Below are positions 32,243 to 42,710 of a stretch of DNA of 64,000 nucleotides, in pieces. The number at the start of each line of letters is the position of its first letter. The first letter of the stretch is position 1. The DNA is from Gammaproteobacteria bacterium. GTDB taxonomy: Bacteria > Pseudomonadota > Gammaproteobacteria > G965277405. Made by a program: the position numbers and the translations under genes. The notes under the pieces were generated by a model. That model was not told the origin of the DNA. It saw only the letters and a list, made by a program, of their open reading frames with translations, and did not search any database. The DNA lies in assembly GCA_965277405.1 (NCBI GenBank), contig OZ255726.1, positions 1,632,001-1,696,000 of the forward strand. The letters run 5' to 3'.

Positions 32243-33661
32243 ATGCAATTTGAAATCACTGATATTAGCAACCATCAGCAGCGTCTGATTGTGCAAATTC
32301 CACATGATACAATCGAAAGCAAAGCAGTCGCTGAGTTACAGAGTTTGCAAAAAAAAGCCAATATTAACGGGTTTCGACGCGGCAAGGCGCCGCTAGCACT
32401 CATCCGTAGACAGTATGGGGTTGATGCCACCGATACTGCGGTTGAACAAATTGCTAGAGACTTTTTAAACGAAGCGATAGCAACTAACAAAGCGCAGCCA
32501 ATCAGCCCAGCAACTGTATCAATTGAGCCATTGGAAAGCGGTAAAGACGCAACAGTTGAGTTTGTATATGACGTATATCCTGAAGTAGAAATTGGCGATT
32601 TAAGTACACTAGCAGTCGTTGAATACCAAAGCAGCATCACCGATGAAGACATTGAATCGATGATTGAAGAAATGCAAGAGCAGGCAGGGAGTTATCATGC
32701 TGTTGAGCGTCCTGCTGCAAAAGGCGACCAAATCGTCTTTAGGTTTGTCAGGGATGACGCAGGCACAGCCATAACGGACAGCAAACCAGAAGATGAAAAG
32801 CCTGAAGTTGCAAAGCAAGTAGAGTTTGTACTGGACGGCCAGCGCCTAGCAGCATACCCAGGATTTTCTCAGTGTCTTGGCGTAGTCAAAGGGAGTGATG
32901 TTACGGTTGATGTCGAACCGCTGCGCCAAGATAAAAATGGCAAAGCAATTGCATCAAGCGGCGATAATACTATAAAAATACACATTACTTGCATCAAAGA
33001 ATTCCGCAAATCTGCACTGGATGAGGACTTTTACCAGCGTTTTGAAATCCCTGTAGACGCAGATAGCGACCCTTTAAAGCAGCTTATCGGTAAGTTGAGG
33101 GTGAGTTTAACATTGCAAAAAGAGCAACGTGTATTCGATTTATTGAGTAGAGAAATTGTCAAACAACTTGTTGATAATTTTGATTTTGGACTACCGCAAT
33201 CAATGATAGCCAAGCAAGCCGAAGGCATGCGCCAACAATACATATCGCAAATGGTACAGCAGCAAATTGCTGCTGGCATGAATCAGAAATTCAATTCTCA
33301 ATATATTGATAATCTTGATGCGCACATCAAAGTTGAGCAATTTCTGCCACAAGCAAAACAACAACTTAAACAGATTTTATTCCTTGAAAAAGTAATCAAG
33401 CAACAAAATATACAAATAGATGACACAGCTGTTGAGGCGCGGTTGCAAGAGGTTGCGGCAGAATATGGTGAACCAGAAACATTTATTTTTGAGTATAAAA
33501 AAGACAGTAAAAAAATAGAAGATTTGCGCCAGATATTAAAAATTCGCCAAGCAATTCATTGGTTGAAAGCAGCGATGAACGTACAAGCGCAACCTATTGG
33601 CTGGCAAGAGCTGCGTGCGCTTAAATCCCAAGTTTTCTCTGATGATGTCCATGATGGTTGA
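32243..33661 (+). CDS. tig: Trigger factor
   Basis: NINGFRRGKAP ribosome-binding motif, VERPAAKGD; synteny with clpP-clpX-lon. Divergent FKBP domain. Confidence 0.9.
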   Translation: MQFEITDISNHQQRLIVQIPHDTIESKAVAELQSLQKKANINGFRRGKAPLALIRRQYGVDATDTAVEQIARDFLNEAIATNKAQPISPATVSIEPLESGKDATVEFVYDVYPEVEIGDLSTLAVVEYQSSITDEDIESMIEEMQEQAGSYHAVERPAAKGDQIVFRFVRDDAGTAITDSKPEDEKPEVAKQVEFVLDGQRLAAYPGFSQCLGVVKGSDVTVDVEPLRQDKNGKAIASSGDNTIKIHITCIKEFRKSALDEDFYQRFEIPVDADSDPLKQLIGKLRVSLTLQKEQRVFDLLSREIVKQLVDNFDFGLPQSMIAKQAEGMRQQYISQMVQQQIAAGMNQKFNSQYIDNLDAHIKVEQFLPQAKQQLKQILFLEKVIKQQNIQIDDTAVEARLQEVAAEYGEPETFIFEYKKDSKKIEDLRQILKIRQAIHWLKAAMNVQAQPIGWQELRALKSQVFSDDVHDG

Positions 33662-33698
33662 GACGGAGTAAATCAGCAGCGAGTTAACCAGAGGTTCC
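33634..33698 (+). mobile_element. Internally deleted mini-MITE overlapping the tig 3' end
   Basis: CTCTGATGATGTCCATGATGGTTGAGACGGAG (left-end-like) joined to CAGCAGCGAGTTAACCAGAGGTTCC (right end). Confidence 0.75.
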
Positions 33699-33703
33699 CT
33701 TAA

Positions 33704-33957
33704 GGAACCTCTGGTTAACTCCATGATGGGCGAGACGGAGAAAAAACGCTGATGATAACTAGACGCAGTGCGCAGATAACACTGGTGGTCTTGTGGGTGT
33801 TGCCAAGTGCTGCAACGACGTTAGCGCAGCGTTTTTCCCCGGCCTTCTATTGAATATATGATGGTTTGCCTACAATTGTTGCGCCTGCGGAATGCGCCTT
33901 GCAATCATCAGCAATTGCAGGCAAACTCGCTCCATCAGCGTCTTAATCAGAGCTTCC
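33704..33957 (+). mobile_element. MITE copy 8 (internal deletion)
   Basis: TTAA|GGAACCTCTGGTTAA ... TTAATCAGAGCTTCC|CTAA. Confidence 0.92.
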
Positions 33958-33978
33958 CTAAGCACGGCGGCCGATAAC

Positions 33979-34611
33979 ATGGATACAATGAATACATCAC
34001 ACAACGATATAATAGCTCAACTTGTCCCAATGGTAGTAGAACAAACCAACCGCGGCGAGCGTGCCTACGACATATATTCGCGCTTGCTGAAAGAGCGTGT
34101 TATTTTTCTTGTTGGCGGCGTTGAAGAGCATATGGCAAACTTAATTGTTGCCCAATTGCTTTTTCTTGAGTCGGAAAATCCAGATAAAGCAATTTCACTG
34201 TATATCAACTCTCCTGGTGGCGTTGTGACTGCGGGAATGGCAATATATGACACAATGCAATATATAAAATCTGAGGTTGCTACAGTATGTATTGGTCAAG
34301 CAGCAAGCATGGGTGCTGTGCTGTTAGCAGCGGGTGCAGCTGGTAAGCGGTATTGCTTACCGCATAGTCGAGTAATGATTCATCAACCATTGGGCGGTTT
34401 CCAAGGTCAGGCAACAGATGTAGAAATTCATGCCCGCGAAATTCTCAAAGTCAAAGCAATGATCAATCAACTGCTTGCCAAGCATTGTAATAAAAAACCT
34501 AGCCAACTGGCTAAAGATACTGAGCGCGATAATTTTTTGAGTGCAGCAGAAGCGCAGCAGTATGGTTTGATCGACGAAGTACTATCGCAACGACCCTTAG
34601 GGAAGCTCTGA
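33979..34611 (+). CDS. clpP: ATP-dependent Clp protease proteolytic subunit
   Basis: [42 protein letters not shown]. Stop codon lies in the MITE copy 9 IR. Confidence 0.97.
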   Translation: MDTMNTSHNDIIAQLVPMVVEQTNRGERAYDIYSRLLKERVIFLVGGVEEHMANLIVAQLLFLESENPDKAISLYINSPGGVVTAGMAIYDTMQYIKSEVATVCIGQAASMGAVLLAAGAAGKRYCLPHSRVMIHQPLGGFQGQATDVEIHAREILKVKAMINQLLAKHCNKKPSQLAKDTERDNFLSAAEAQQYGLIDEVLSQRPLGKL

Positions 34612-34898
34612 TTAACTCCATGATGGGCGAGACGGAGAAAAAACGCTGATGAAACTTAAACGCAGTGCGCAGCTAATACTGGTGGTATTATCAAGTGCTG
34701 CAACGCCGTTAGCGCAGCGTTTTTTCCCGGCCTTCTATTGAATATATGATGGTTTGCCTACAATTGCCTACAATTGCTTACGCTTGCTGTGTTGCATCCC
34801 TTGGCGTATATGCTACGGCATGCGCCTGCGGAATGCGCCTTGCAATCATCAGCAATTGCAGGCAAACTCGCTCCATCAGCGACTTAATCAGAGGTTCC
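34601..34898 (+). mobile_element. MITE copy 9 (TTAG target duplication)
   Basis: TTAG|GGAAGCTCTGATTAA ... TTAATCAGAGGTTCC|TTAG. Confidence 0.95.
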
Positions 34899-35088
34899 TT
34901 AGGTGTAAATGCTACGGAGGTTGTTTAGACATCAGCTAACTAAGAAGCTGGTACTTTATTAGCTTACTAAACAAAGGAGTACAGCATGAACAACCCACAT
35001 TATTGTGCCAAAACAACGTTTCATAGTCGAGAAGTTATGATTCACAGGGTGCTTGTCGACAAGCACCCTGTGAATCGTGTAGCCAACG

Positions 35089-35201
35089 ATTGCTTACGCT
35101 TGCTGTGTTGCATCCCTTGGCGTATATGCTATGGCATGCGCCTTGCAATCATCTGCAATTGCAGGCAAACTCTCTGCAGCAGCGGCTTAAGCAGAGCTTC
35201 C
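35089..35201 (+). mobile_element. MITE right-half fragment
   Basis: CTTGCTGTGTTGCATCCCTTGGCG ... TTAAGCAGAGCTTCC. Confidence 0.85.
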
Positions 35202-35244
35202 TTGGGAACAGCTACAACCATTTAATGAACGACACGACAATTAT

Positions 35245-36558
35245 ATGAGTAATACTGGAAATTCAGGCAACAAAGTGGTGCATTGTTCGTTCTGTGGCAA
35301 AGCTGAAAACACAGTGCGCATTGTTGCAGGACCTGGAGTGACTATTTGTGAAGAATGCGTCAGCGTGAGCATGAGTATTTTAAGCGGAGAGCAGCAAGAC
35401 CGAGGAGAACAGCAAGTTATAGAAAAAATGAAGTTGTTAACGCCGAAGCAGATGTATGCCAAACTTTCTGAACACGTCATCGGTCAAGAAGGTGCAAAGA
35501 AAAGTCTAGCCGTTGCCGTATACAATCATTATAAACGGATTATAAACAAGCTAACATCGAAACTTGATGTTGAAGTAGGGAAAAGCAACGTGTTGATGAT
35601 AGGCCCGACAGGATCAGGAAAAACGCTGCTAGCACAAACATTGGCCAAGACGCTTGATGTGCCATTTACTATTGCCGATGCCACCAGCTTAACGGAAGCC
35701 GGCTATGTTGGTGAGGATGTTGAGCAAATTCTACAGCGCTTATTGCAACAATGCGATAATGACGTAGAGCGTGCGCAGCGCGGCATTGTCTATATTGATG
35801 AAATCGATAAAATTGCTCGCAAAAGTGAAAATATGTCGATTACTCGAGATGTTTCAGGTGAAGGTGTCCAGCAAGCATTGTTAAAGTTAATCGAAGGCTG
35901 TATTGCCATGGTACCACCACATGGTGGCAGGAAGCATCCAAGCCAAGACTTTATCCGGGTTGATACGACTGGTATTTTATTTATTTGTGGTGGGGCATTT
36001 GATGGGCTCGCAGCGATTATCGAGCAGCGCACTGGGCAACAAGGAATTGGCTTTCAAGCAGAACTTGCCAACGATAACACCCGTAGCGTTGACGAGATTT
36101 TAGCAGAGGTTCAGTTTGAAGATTTAATTCGATATGGGCTCATTCCAGAATTTGTCGGACGGTTACCGATGTTGGTGCCACTGCAAACTCTTGATCATGC
36201 TGCGTTGCGTCGAGTATTAGTCGAACCAAAAAACGCTTTGATAAAACAGTATCAAAGCCTGTTTAACTTTGATGGTGTCGAGTTGGAAATCCAAGATGAT
36301 GCGTTAGATGAGATTGTTGGCGACGCCCTGCGTCGCAAAACAGGTGCGCGTGGGCTGCGCTCAATTCTTGAGCAAACATTGCTAGACCCGATGTTTGAAG
36401 TGCCAACAGATACTTCGATTACTGCTGTGAGAATATCTAAAGAGCAAGTACAGCAGAAAGCTCCAGCGTTGTATCTGCATGGCAATAAAAAAACTGCAGT
36501 CAACAACAAAACACCAATCAGCAAAACACCAGTTAGCAAACATAGTTCACAATTATGA
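35245..36558 (+). CDS. clpX: ATP-dependent Clp protease ATP-binding subunit
   Basis: CSFCGK Zn finger, [27 protein letters not shown] loop. Confidence 0.97.
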   Translation: MSNTGNSGNKVVHCSFCGKAENTVRIVAGPGVTICEECVSVSMSILSGEQQDRGEQQVIEKMKLLTPKQMYAKLSEHVIGQEGAKKSLAVAVYNHYKRIINKLTSKLDVEVGKSNVLMIGPTGSGKTLLAQTLAKTLDVPFTIADATSLTEAGYVGEDVEQILQRLLQQCDNDVERAQRGIVYIDEIDKIARKSENMSITRDVSGEGVQQALLKLIEGCIAMVPPHGGRKHPSQDFIRVDTTGILFICGGAFDGLAAIIEQRTGQQGIGFQAELANDNTRSVDEILAEVQFEDLIRYGLIPEFVGRLPMLVPLQTLDHAALRRVLVEPKNALIKQYQSLFNFDGVELEIQDDALDEIVGDALRRKTGARGLRSILEQTLLDPMFEVPTDTSITAVRISKEQVQQKAPALYLHGNKKTAVNNKTPISKTPVSKHSSQL

Positions 36559-38975
36559 TAGAAGTCCAGACAGATTATCTCGTTGAAAAAAATGATACGC
36601 TCGCAGTGTTGCCGTTACGTGGCACGGTTGTTTTTCCAAAAACGGATGAAGACATTCATGTAGGTAGAGACCTGTCTATTGCTGCTGTGCACCATGGGAT
36701 AAGGAATAATGGCTTTGTTGTTATCGTTTCTCAAATTGACCATGAAATTCAGTCACCAACGCATGCTGATTTATTTACTATTGGCACGTTAGCGCAAATT
36801 ACCAAAATTCAATCATTGCCTGATGACACCATGCAGGTGCATCTGACTGGTATTCGTCGAGTACATCTGACCATGGTATGCGAAGGAAGCCCAATAATGG
36901 CAAAAGTCGAAAATCTTACTGTTGAACAAATCAACTTAGCAAAATTCGGCAAACTGATGGACGTGTTTGAAGAGCAATGCAAAGAGTCTGCGCAAATTGC
37001 TCGACAAGATATCAGTGATCTGTTTGTCTCACTTGAAGAGTACAAGAACCAGCCCAGTGCATACGTTGATACGGCGGTTAAGTTTTTAAATATCCCCGTG
37101 AAGCAAAAACAACAGCTCCTGGAACAGCTGAACCCGCATAAGCGCTTAGAATCGCTCATTAGTATGCTATCTACCCATCTTGACTTGGTCAAATTAGAAA
37201 GGAAAATCCAAAAACGAGCTCGCGGACAAATAGATAAAAACCAAAAGGAATATTACCTCTCGGAGCAAATGAAGGCGATTCAAAAAGAAATGGAGTCGCT
37301 TGATACTAGCGATATAGAGAATTTTGAAGAGAAAGCCAAGAAGCTAGGGATTCACGCCAAAGGCAAAGAAAAACTGCTGCGTGAAATAAAACGCCTGAAA
37401 CAAATGTCGTCGATGTCACCAGAGGCTGGTGTTATTCGCAGTTATATAGAATGGTTATTAGACGTACCGTGGAAAAAACGCAGTAAGCTACACAGCGATA
37501 TTCAACGTGCCGCGACGGTACTGAATGACGACCATTATGGTTTAGACGATATCAAACAACGTATTTTGGAGCATCTTTCAGCGTATAAACGCAGCGATAA
37601 AGTGCGTACTCCTGTCCTGTGTCTGGTAGGGCCTCCAGGTGTTGGGAAAACTTCATTGGGTGCTTCGATTGCCAAAGCCACGAATAGAACACTTATTCGC
37701 ATGTCATTGGGTGGGATGCGAGATGAAGCCGAGATACGCGGTCATCGACGCACATATATAGGTGCTATGCCTGGAAAAATCGTCCAAAACTTAGTCAAAG
37801 CAAAGGTGAAAAACCCATTGTTTTTGCTCGATGAAATAGACAAGCTGGGTGCAGATTTTCGCGGCGATCCGGCGTCAGCGCTGCTTGAAGTCTTGGATCC
37901 AGAGCAAAATCACGCATTTATTGACCACTATCTTGAAGTTGAATGCGATCTCTCTGAAATTATGTTTATTTGCACCAGCAATTCTTTGCGTATTCCAGAT
38001 GCATTGCGTGACCGCTTAGAAATTATTGAGCTGTCGGGTTATACCGAATATGAAAAACACAATATTGCCACTAAACATTTGCTGCCCAAAATACTCAAAC
38101 AATATAAATTAACCAACACCATCAGCGTTACTGATGCGGCGATTCAAACGGTCATCAGCCGCTATGTGCGCGAGGCTGGAGTACGAAAACTTGAGCGCCA
38201 GCTTGAGAAAATTGCGCGTAAACATATCTTTTGGCTGGAGACGCAGCAAATTAAAGAATGTAAAAAAGTAATCACTCCCGCATTATTAAAAAAATATTTA
38301 GGCGTTGAACGCTATCAACACCTTGATGCAGAAAAAACTGATCAAGTCGGTCAGGCAACGGGACTAGCTTGGACACAAGCCGGTGGCGAGCTGCTCAATA
38401 TAGAAACCAGTATTGTTCCAGGCAAAGGTCAACTCCAGCTGACAGGATCAATGGGTGACGTCATGCGCGAATCTGCAAAAGCTGCGATTACTGTGCTGCG
38501 GGGTAAATCTAATTTACTGGGTTTAGCAGACGACTTTTTTTCAAAAAACGACATCCACATTCACATCCCAGAAGGAGCAACGCCCAAAGACGGACCAAGT
38601 GCTGGAGTGGCAATGTGTATGGTGTTGTTGTCTGTGTTCACCCAGCAACCTGTACGACATGATGTAGCGATGACAGGCGAAGTCACCATCCGCGGCAAGG
38701 TATTGGCTATTGGCGGGTTGAAAGAAAAATTACTAGCTGCACACCGTGGCGGTATTCGCAAGGTCATTATTCCAAAAGAGAATACCCGCGATTTAGACGA
38801 AATACCTAACAATATTTTGCAAGGTCTAAAAATACTGCCAGTAGCTGGTATCGATGAAGCATTCTCGCTTGGAATTAACGGGTTTATCGATAGCTGGAGA
38901 GGCACAGGTATGCAGTATGCCCAGCTGTATTCGCATGAAAAGTTCGATGGATCACAGGTAACAAGCATGAACTAA
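36555..38975 (+). CDS. lon: Lon protease
   Basis: [30 protein letters not shown] (catalytic Ser), GGLKEK. Confidence 0.97.
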   Translation: MIEVQTDYLVEKNDTLAVLPLRGTVVFPKTDEDIHVGRDLSIAAVHHGIRNNGFVVIVSQIDHEIQSPTHADLFTIGTLAQITKIQSLPDDTMQVHLTGIRRVHLTMVCEGSPIMAKVENLTVEQINLAKFGKLMDVFEEQCKESAQIARQDISDLFVSLEEYKNQPSAYVDTAVKFLNIPVKQKQQLLEQLNPHKRLESLISMLSTHLDLVKLERKIQKRARGQIDKNQKEYYLSEQMKAIQKEMESLDTSDIENFEEKAKKLGIHAKGKEKLLREIKRLKQMSSMSPEAGVIRSYIEWLLDVPWKKRSKLHSDIQRAATVLNDDHYGLDDIKQRILEHLSAYKRSDKVRTPVLCLVGPPGVGKTSLGASIAKATNRTLIRMSLGGMRDEAEIRGHRRTYIGAMPGKIVQNLVKAKVKNPLFLLDEIDKLGADFRGDPASALLEVLDPEQNHAFIDHYLEVECDLSEIMFICTSNSLRIPDALRDRLEIIELSGYTEYEKHNIATKHLLPKILKQYKLTNTISVTDAAIQTVISRYVREAGVRKLERQLEKIARKHIFWLETQQIKECKKVITPALLKKYLGVERYQHLDAEKTDQVGQATGLAWTQAGGELLNIETSIVPGKGQLQLTGSMGDVMRESAKAAITVLRGKSNLLGLADDFFSKNDIHIHIPEGATPKDGPSAGVAMCMVLLSVFTQQPVRHDVAMTGEVTIRGKVLAIGGLKEKLLAAHRGGIRKVIIPKENTRDLDEIPNNILQGLKILPVAGIDEAFSLGINGFIDSWRGTGMQYAQLYSHEKFDGSQVTSMN

Positions 38976-38995
38976 GGAAGCTCTGATTAACTCGC
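38976..38995. repeat. Solo MITE end abutting the lon stop codon
   Basis: CTAA|GGAAGCTCTGATTAACTCGC. Confidence 0.85.
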
Positions 38996-39164
38996 AGCTC
39001 GTCTTTACCATATTTGCTATATGAAAATAGGGCAAAGACTTGCCGCAGTGTTGGCTTGGAATGACCAGACAAGATGATCCATTTAGCGTATCAACAGCTA
39101 TGGATTGCCATTGCGCAAAGTCGCTTTTGTCACGCATCATAGGCTATGCCTAAGATTTAACCAG

Positions 39165-39203
39165 CAATCTCTATATTTACCTATATCTCAAATATAGAGA
39201 TTG
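39165..39203. promoter_or_regulatory. Perfect 14-bp inverted repeat upstream of hupB
   Basis: CAATCTCTATATTT-N11-AAATATAGAGATTG. Confidence 0.45.
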
Positions 39204-39403
39204 TGCTGGTGATAATTCCATTTTATTTTAAGATATGCTAGTCGATTTTAATTTAAAAAATGCTTATCGAACACCTTGAGTTAGTCGAACTCCTTGAAAA
39301 TAAACGAAAAACATTGTTACAATGCGGTTTTGTGTTGTATAAAACACATGATGTTTGAGTAGAAGTTTCCATTATTGTGAAAAAGCTTGTTAAGGATCCC
39401 AAA

Positions 39404-39673
39404 ATGAATAAAACAAAATTAATTGAATCAGTAGCTGAGCAGTCAGGTCTTTCAAAGGCACAAGCAGCGACGGCTGTTAACGCAACACTGTGTTCAATAA
39501 TTGATGCGTTAAAGGCAGGTCAGGATGTTATGATAGTAGGGTTCGGGGGGTTTAGAGTAAAATCTCGCGCAGCACGACAAGGTCGAAATCCAAAAACTGG
39601 TGAACCGATTCAAATTCCAGCAAGTAAGACTGTGGGTTTTAGAATCAGTCCTGCCGCGAAAAGCGATTTATGA
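39404..39673 (+). CDS. hupB: DNA-binding protein HU
   Basis: MNKTKLI, GFGGF, RQGRNPKTGEPIQIPA; between lon and ppiD. Confidence 0.93.
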   Translation: MNKTKLIESVAEQSGLSKAQAATAVNATLCSIIDALKAGQDVMIVGFGGFRVKSRAARQGRNPKTGEPIQIPASKTVGFRISPAAKSDL

Positions 39674-39788
39674 ATAAAAAATACGCTCCTTCATCTGCTT
39701 AGAATACTGTGAATTCCACATAACTCCTCTTAATTAGCTTCCTTTACCCCAATAAGCATGGGCACATACAGCGCATGCTTTTATAATT

Positions 39789-41681
39789 ATGCTTGAATCT
39801 ATCCGTAAACATTCTCGTGGTTGGATCGCCAAAACCATCATTGGGCTGATCGTTGTCAGTTTTGCTGCATTTGGCGTAGAACAGTTTTTCCAAAACGATG
39901 GGGCACAAGCAACAGTGCTTGCGATTAACGACCGTAATATTGACGCGTATACGTTTTCACAACTTTTGCAATCAAACCGTCGACTACTTGCCCAGCAATA
40001 TAAAGTTGCAGCAACCGCCATCCCGCAACAACAGTTGGAGCAGTACACCGTCAATCAAGCAATTAGCCAGACGCTATATCAACAAAAAATTGCAGCCCTT
40101 GAATTAACAGCTAGTCAAGCTGAGTTTGAAGCGGCTATTGTTGCAGATGAGCGGTTTCATATCAATGGGGGTTTTGATGAAGATGCGTTCACGAATGCAG
40201 CACGTGGACAGAGTTGGCCAGACTTTAAAAGCAACTACACTAGCATACTGGCATCACAACAGCTGGACACGGCAGTGCTAACCGAACCGCCAATAGTTGA
40301 TAAACAAATATACGTCATGCTGCGCTTATTGTATCAAAAACGCAGCTTTGACATGATTAAATTGCCGTTGCATGTATTTCTTGATGGCGTAGCAGCAGAT
40401 GAAACACGTTCACGAGCATATTATGAGACCAATACAGCACAGTATTTTAGTGACGAAAAAGTCCAGATAGAATATATACAGCTTAGCCGTGAAGATCTAT
40501 CTGCTGACGCATGGCCGACTGATGAAGAGTTGCAGTCTGCCCTTGCCGACCGCCAGCAGCAACAACCAGCTGCGTATAATGTATCACATATTTTGCTAAC
40601 AGCAGACGGTAGCGACGCCTTGGTTAATGCAGAAAAGGTGTATACCCAACTCACAGCAGATCCTAGCCAATTTGCAGACATCGCCAGCAAACAATCAATC
40701 GATACAGTCTCAGCTAATACTGGTGGCGATTTAGGAGATTTAAGGATTGCCGACATGGACCCTGCGTTTGTTGATCAAATACAATTCATGGAAGTTGCTG
40801 AGATATCTCCGCCAATTTTAACCGATTTTGGCTATCACCTGATTCGGCTCAATAGCATCAAGCAAGCAAAGGATATTGACAGCGATAATCTGACAGAAAC
40901 TATTCGACAAGCATTACACCAACAAAAAATGGACGATACCATCAACACCCTTGCTGAAGAGCTCGCTGATGCGACATTTGCCGCAACAACACTAGAAGAA
41001 CCAGCAAAACAATTCGGCTATACCGTGCAAAAATCTGGTTTTTTTAGCCAGGTAGCTGGTAATGAAACTGTCACGAAAAACAGCAATGTCCGTGCACTGG
41101 CATTTAGTGATAAAATAAAAAATGCTGGACAGACAAGTGATATTGTCACGTTGGCAAATGGTCATAAACTAGTTTTTCGAGTTATAGACATCCAAGACAG
41201 CGCACAGCAACCGTATGCCGCAGTGCGCCATGCAGTTGCAAAAGATTGGCGGCAGTCTGTAGCAACAACACAGCGCAATGCACTGATTAGCAGTATCAAT
41301 GACACAACGGATATCAGTACAGATGCAACTGTCAGCTTGTCTGAATATCCCTCGCTGGCGTGGCAAACGATTACAGAGAGCGATTCTCAAGTGAATCCAG
41401 ATGTGTCGGCAGACGTATTGCAATTTGTGTTTGGCTTGGCGGCAAACACCAAAAACAGTATGCAACAATACTCCTCTAACAATACTACAGTGCTGATCAA
41501 ACTTACCAATATTCACTATCCAGATAAAAACTCACTTATTGATGCGCAGCGGCTTGAAATGACACAATATCTTGAACGGACTGTCAGCGAGAACACCATA
41601 TATGGGTTTAATACTTCGTTGCGCAACAACGCCACAATAGTGGATCGCACCGACCGCACAGCAGAGGCTCTTGCGCGCTAG
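39789..41681 (+). CDS. ppiD: Periplasmic chaperone / parvulin PPIase PpiD
   Basis: MLESIR N-anchor, SHILL, SIDTVSANTGGDLG, TDFGYHLI; synteny. Confidence 0.88.
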   Translation: MLESIRKHSRGWIAKTIIGLIVVSFAAFGVEQFFQNDGAQATVLAINDRNIDAYTFSQLLQSNRRLLAQQYKVAATAIPQQQLEQYTVNQAISQTLYQQKIAALELTASQAEFEAAIVADERFHINGGFDEDAFTNAARGQSWPDFKSNYTSILASQQLDTAVLTEPPIVDKQIYVMLRLLYQKRSFDMIKLPLHVFLDGVAADETRSRAYYETNTAQYFSDEKVQIEYIQLSREDLSADAWPTDEELQSALADRQQQQPAAYNVSHILLTADGSDALVNAEKVYTQLTADPSQFADIASKQSIDTVSANTGGDLGDLRIADMDPAFVDQIQFMEVAEISPPILTDFGYHLIRLNSIKQAKDIDSDNLTETIRQALHQQKMDDTINTLAEELADATFAATTLEEPAKQFGYTVQKSGFFSQVAGNETVTKNSNVRALAFSDKIKNAGQTSDIVTLANGHKLVFRVIDIQDSAQQPYAAVRHAVAKDWRQSVATTQRNALISSINDTTDISTDATVSLSEYPSLAWQTITESDSQVNPDVSADVLQFVFGLAANTKNSMQQYSSNNTTVLIKLTNIHYPDKNSLIDAQRLEMTQYLERTVSENTIYGFNTSLRNNATIVDRTDRTAEALAR

Positions 41682-41781
41682 TATTATCGATAATCGTTCT
41701 TTTCAGCGCTATTGTGGCTGAATCACACAGCAAACGCGCTCGCAATTACCTAATCAATACTATCTGAGTGATATAGGTTTT

Positions 41782-42447
41782 TTGCCTATTAAGAATATGC
41801 AATTGCCACGTTGGTGCTTTGTGTGCCAAGCAGAACTTATTCACAGTCTTCCAATTCCAATCTGTCCAGATTGTCGCCGCGAACTTCCTTGGCTGCACGG
41901 TGACAATGCCTTGCAAGTCCTGATGATTGGCAGACCACAACATGGGGTAGTGCGTGCGCAACTTCGCAGTGTGTTTGCGTACGAAACACCTATACCACGT
42001 TTACTTACCAGTTGGAAAAAACACAATAATCAATTAGTTGGTAATTGGCTGATTCGCTTAGCGGTTGAGGCAACAGTTTTTGCTGCAACGCATATAGTGG
42101 TGCCAGTACCCCAACATTGGCGCACAATGTTATGGCGTGGCCACCAACCAACACGAACGCTAGCGTTACGACTTGCGCAACATAACTATTGCAGCGTTCA
42201 TGAATTACTCCAAAAAAAACGCAGCAATCCGCCGCAAAAAGGGCTGACAAACCCCCAACGTCGCATCAATGTTCGTGGGGTGTTTAAGGTGCAACAACCA
42301 CAACAGCTGCAACAATATGTGGCGCGACCACTGTTGCTGGTTGATGATGTGATGACGACTGGTACCACCATCCGCGCCTGTTTGTTACAATGCTATCGTG
42401 CAGGATTTTGCCAATTGTCAGCATTCACGATAGCGCGGGTAGATTAG
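41782..42447 (+). CDS. comF: ComF-family phosphoribosyltransferase-like protein
   Basis: CFVC and CPDC Zn ribbon, VVPVP, RGHQP, LLVDDVMTTGTT. Start may be 41797. Confidence 0.85.
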   Translation: MPIKNMQLPRWCFVCQAELIHSLPIPICPDCRRELPWLHGDNALQVLMIGRPQHGVVRAQLRSVFAYETPIPRLLTSWKKHNNQLVGNWLIRLAVEATVFAATHIVVPVPQHWRTMLWRGHQPTRTLALRLAQHNYCSVHELLQKKRSNPPQKGLTNPQRRINVRGVFKVQQPQQLQQYVARPLLLVDDVMTTGTTIRACLLQCYRAGFCQLSAFTIARVD

Positions 42448-42710
42448 GAAACAGCCATAATTTGCAATACCATGCCAATGGATCGCGCTAGCGATTGTAA
42501 GGCGTGAGTATAACTTGGTAATAAATCAGCGGCAGCAGCGCGGCTGTGTTATGGGCGTTTGCGGTAGGCGGTTTCTGTGCAGAGCAGGTGGCTGCATAAT
42601 TAAATAAGTGTGGAATGCAAGAACAATAGCTGCGTACCCCTACCAATAGAGCGTGTAGAACAGTGATTCGCTGGTATAACTTGGTAATAATAGTGGTTTT
42701 GTGAGTTGCT

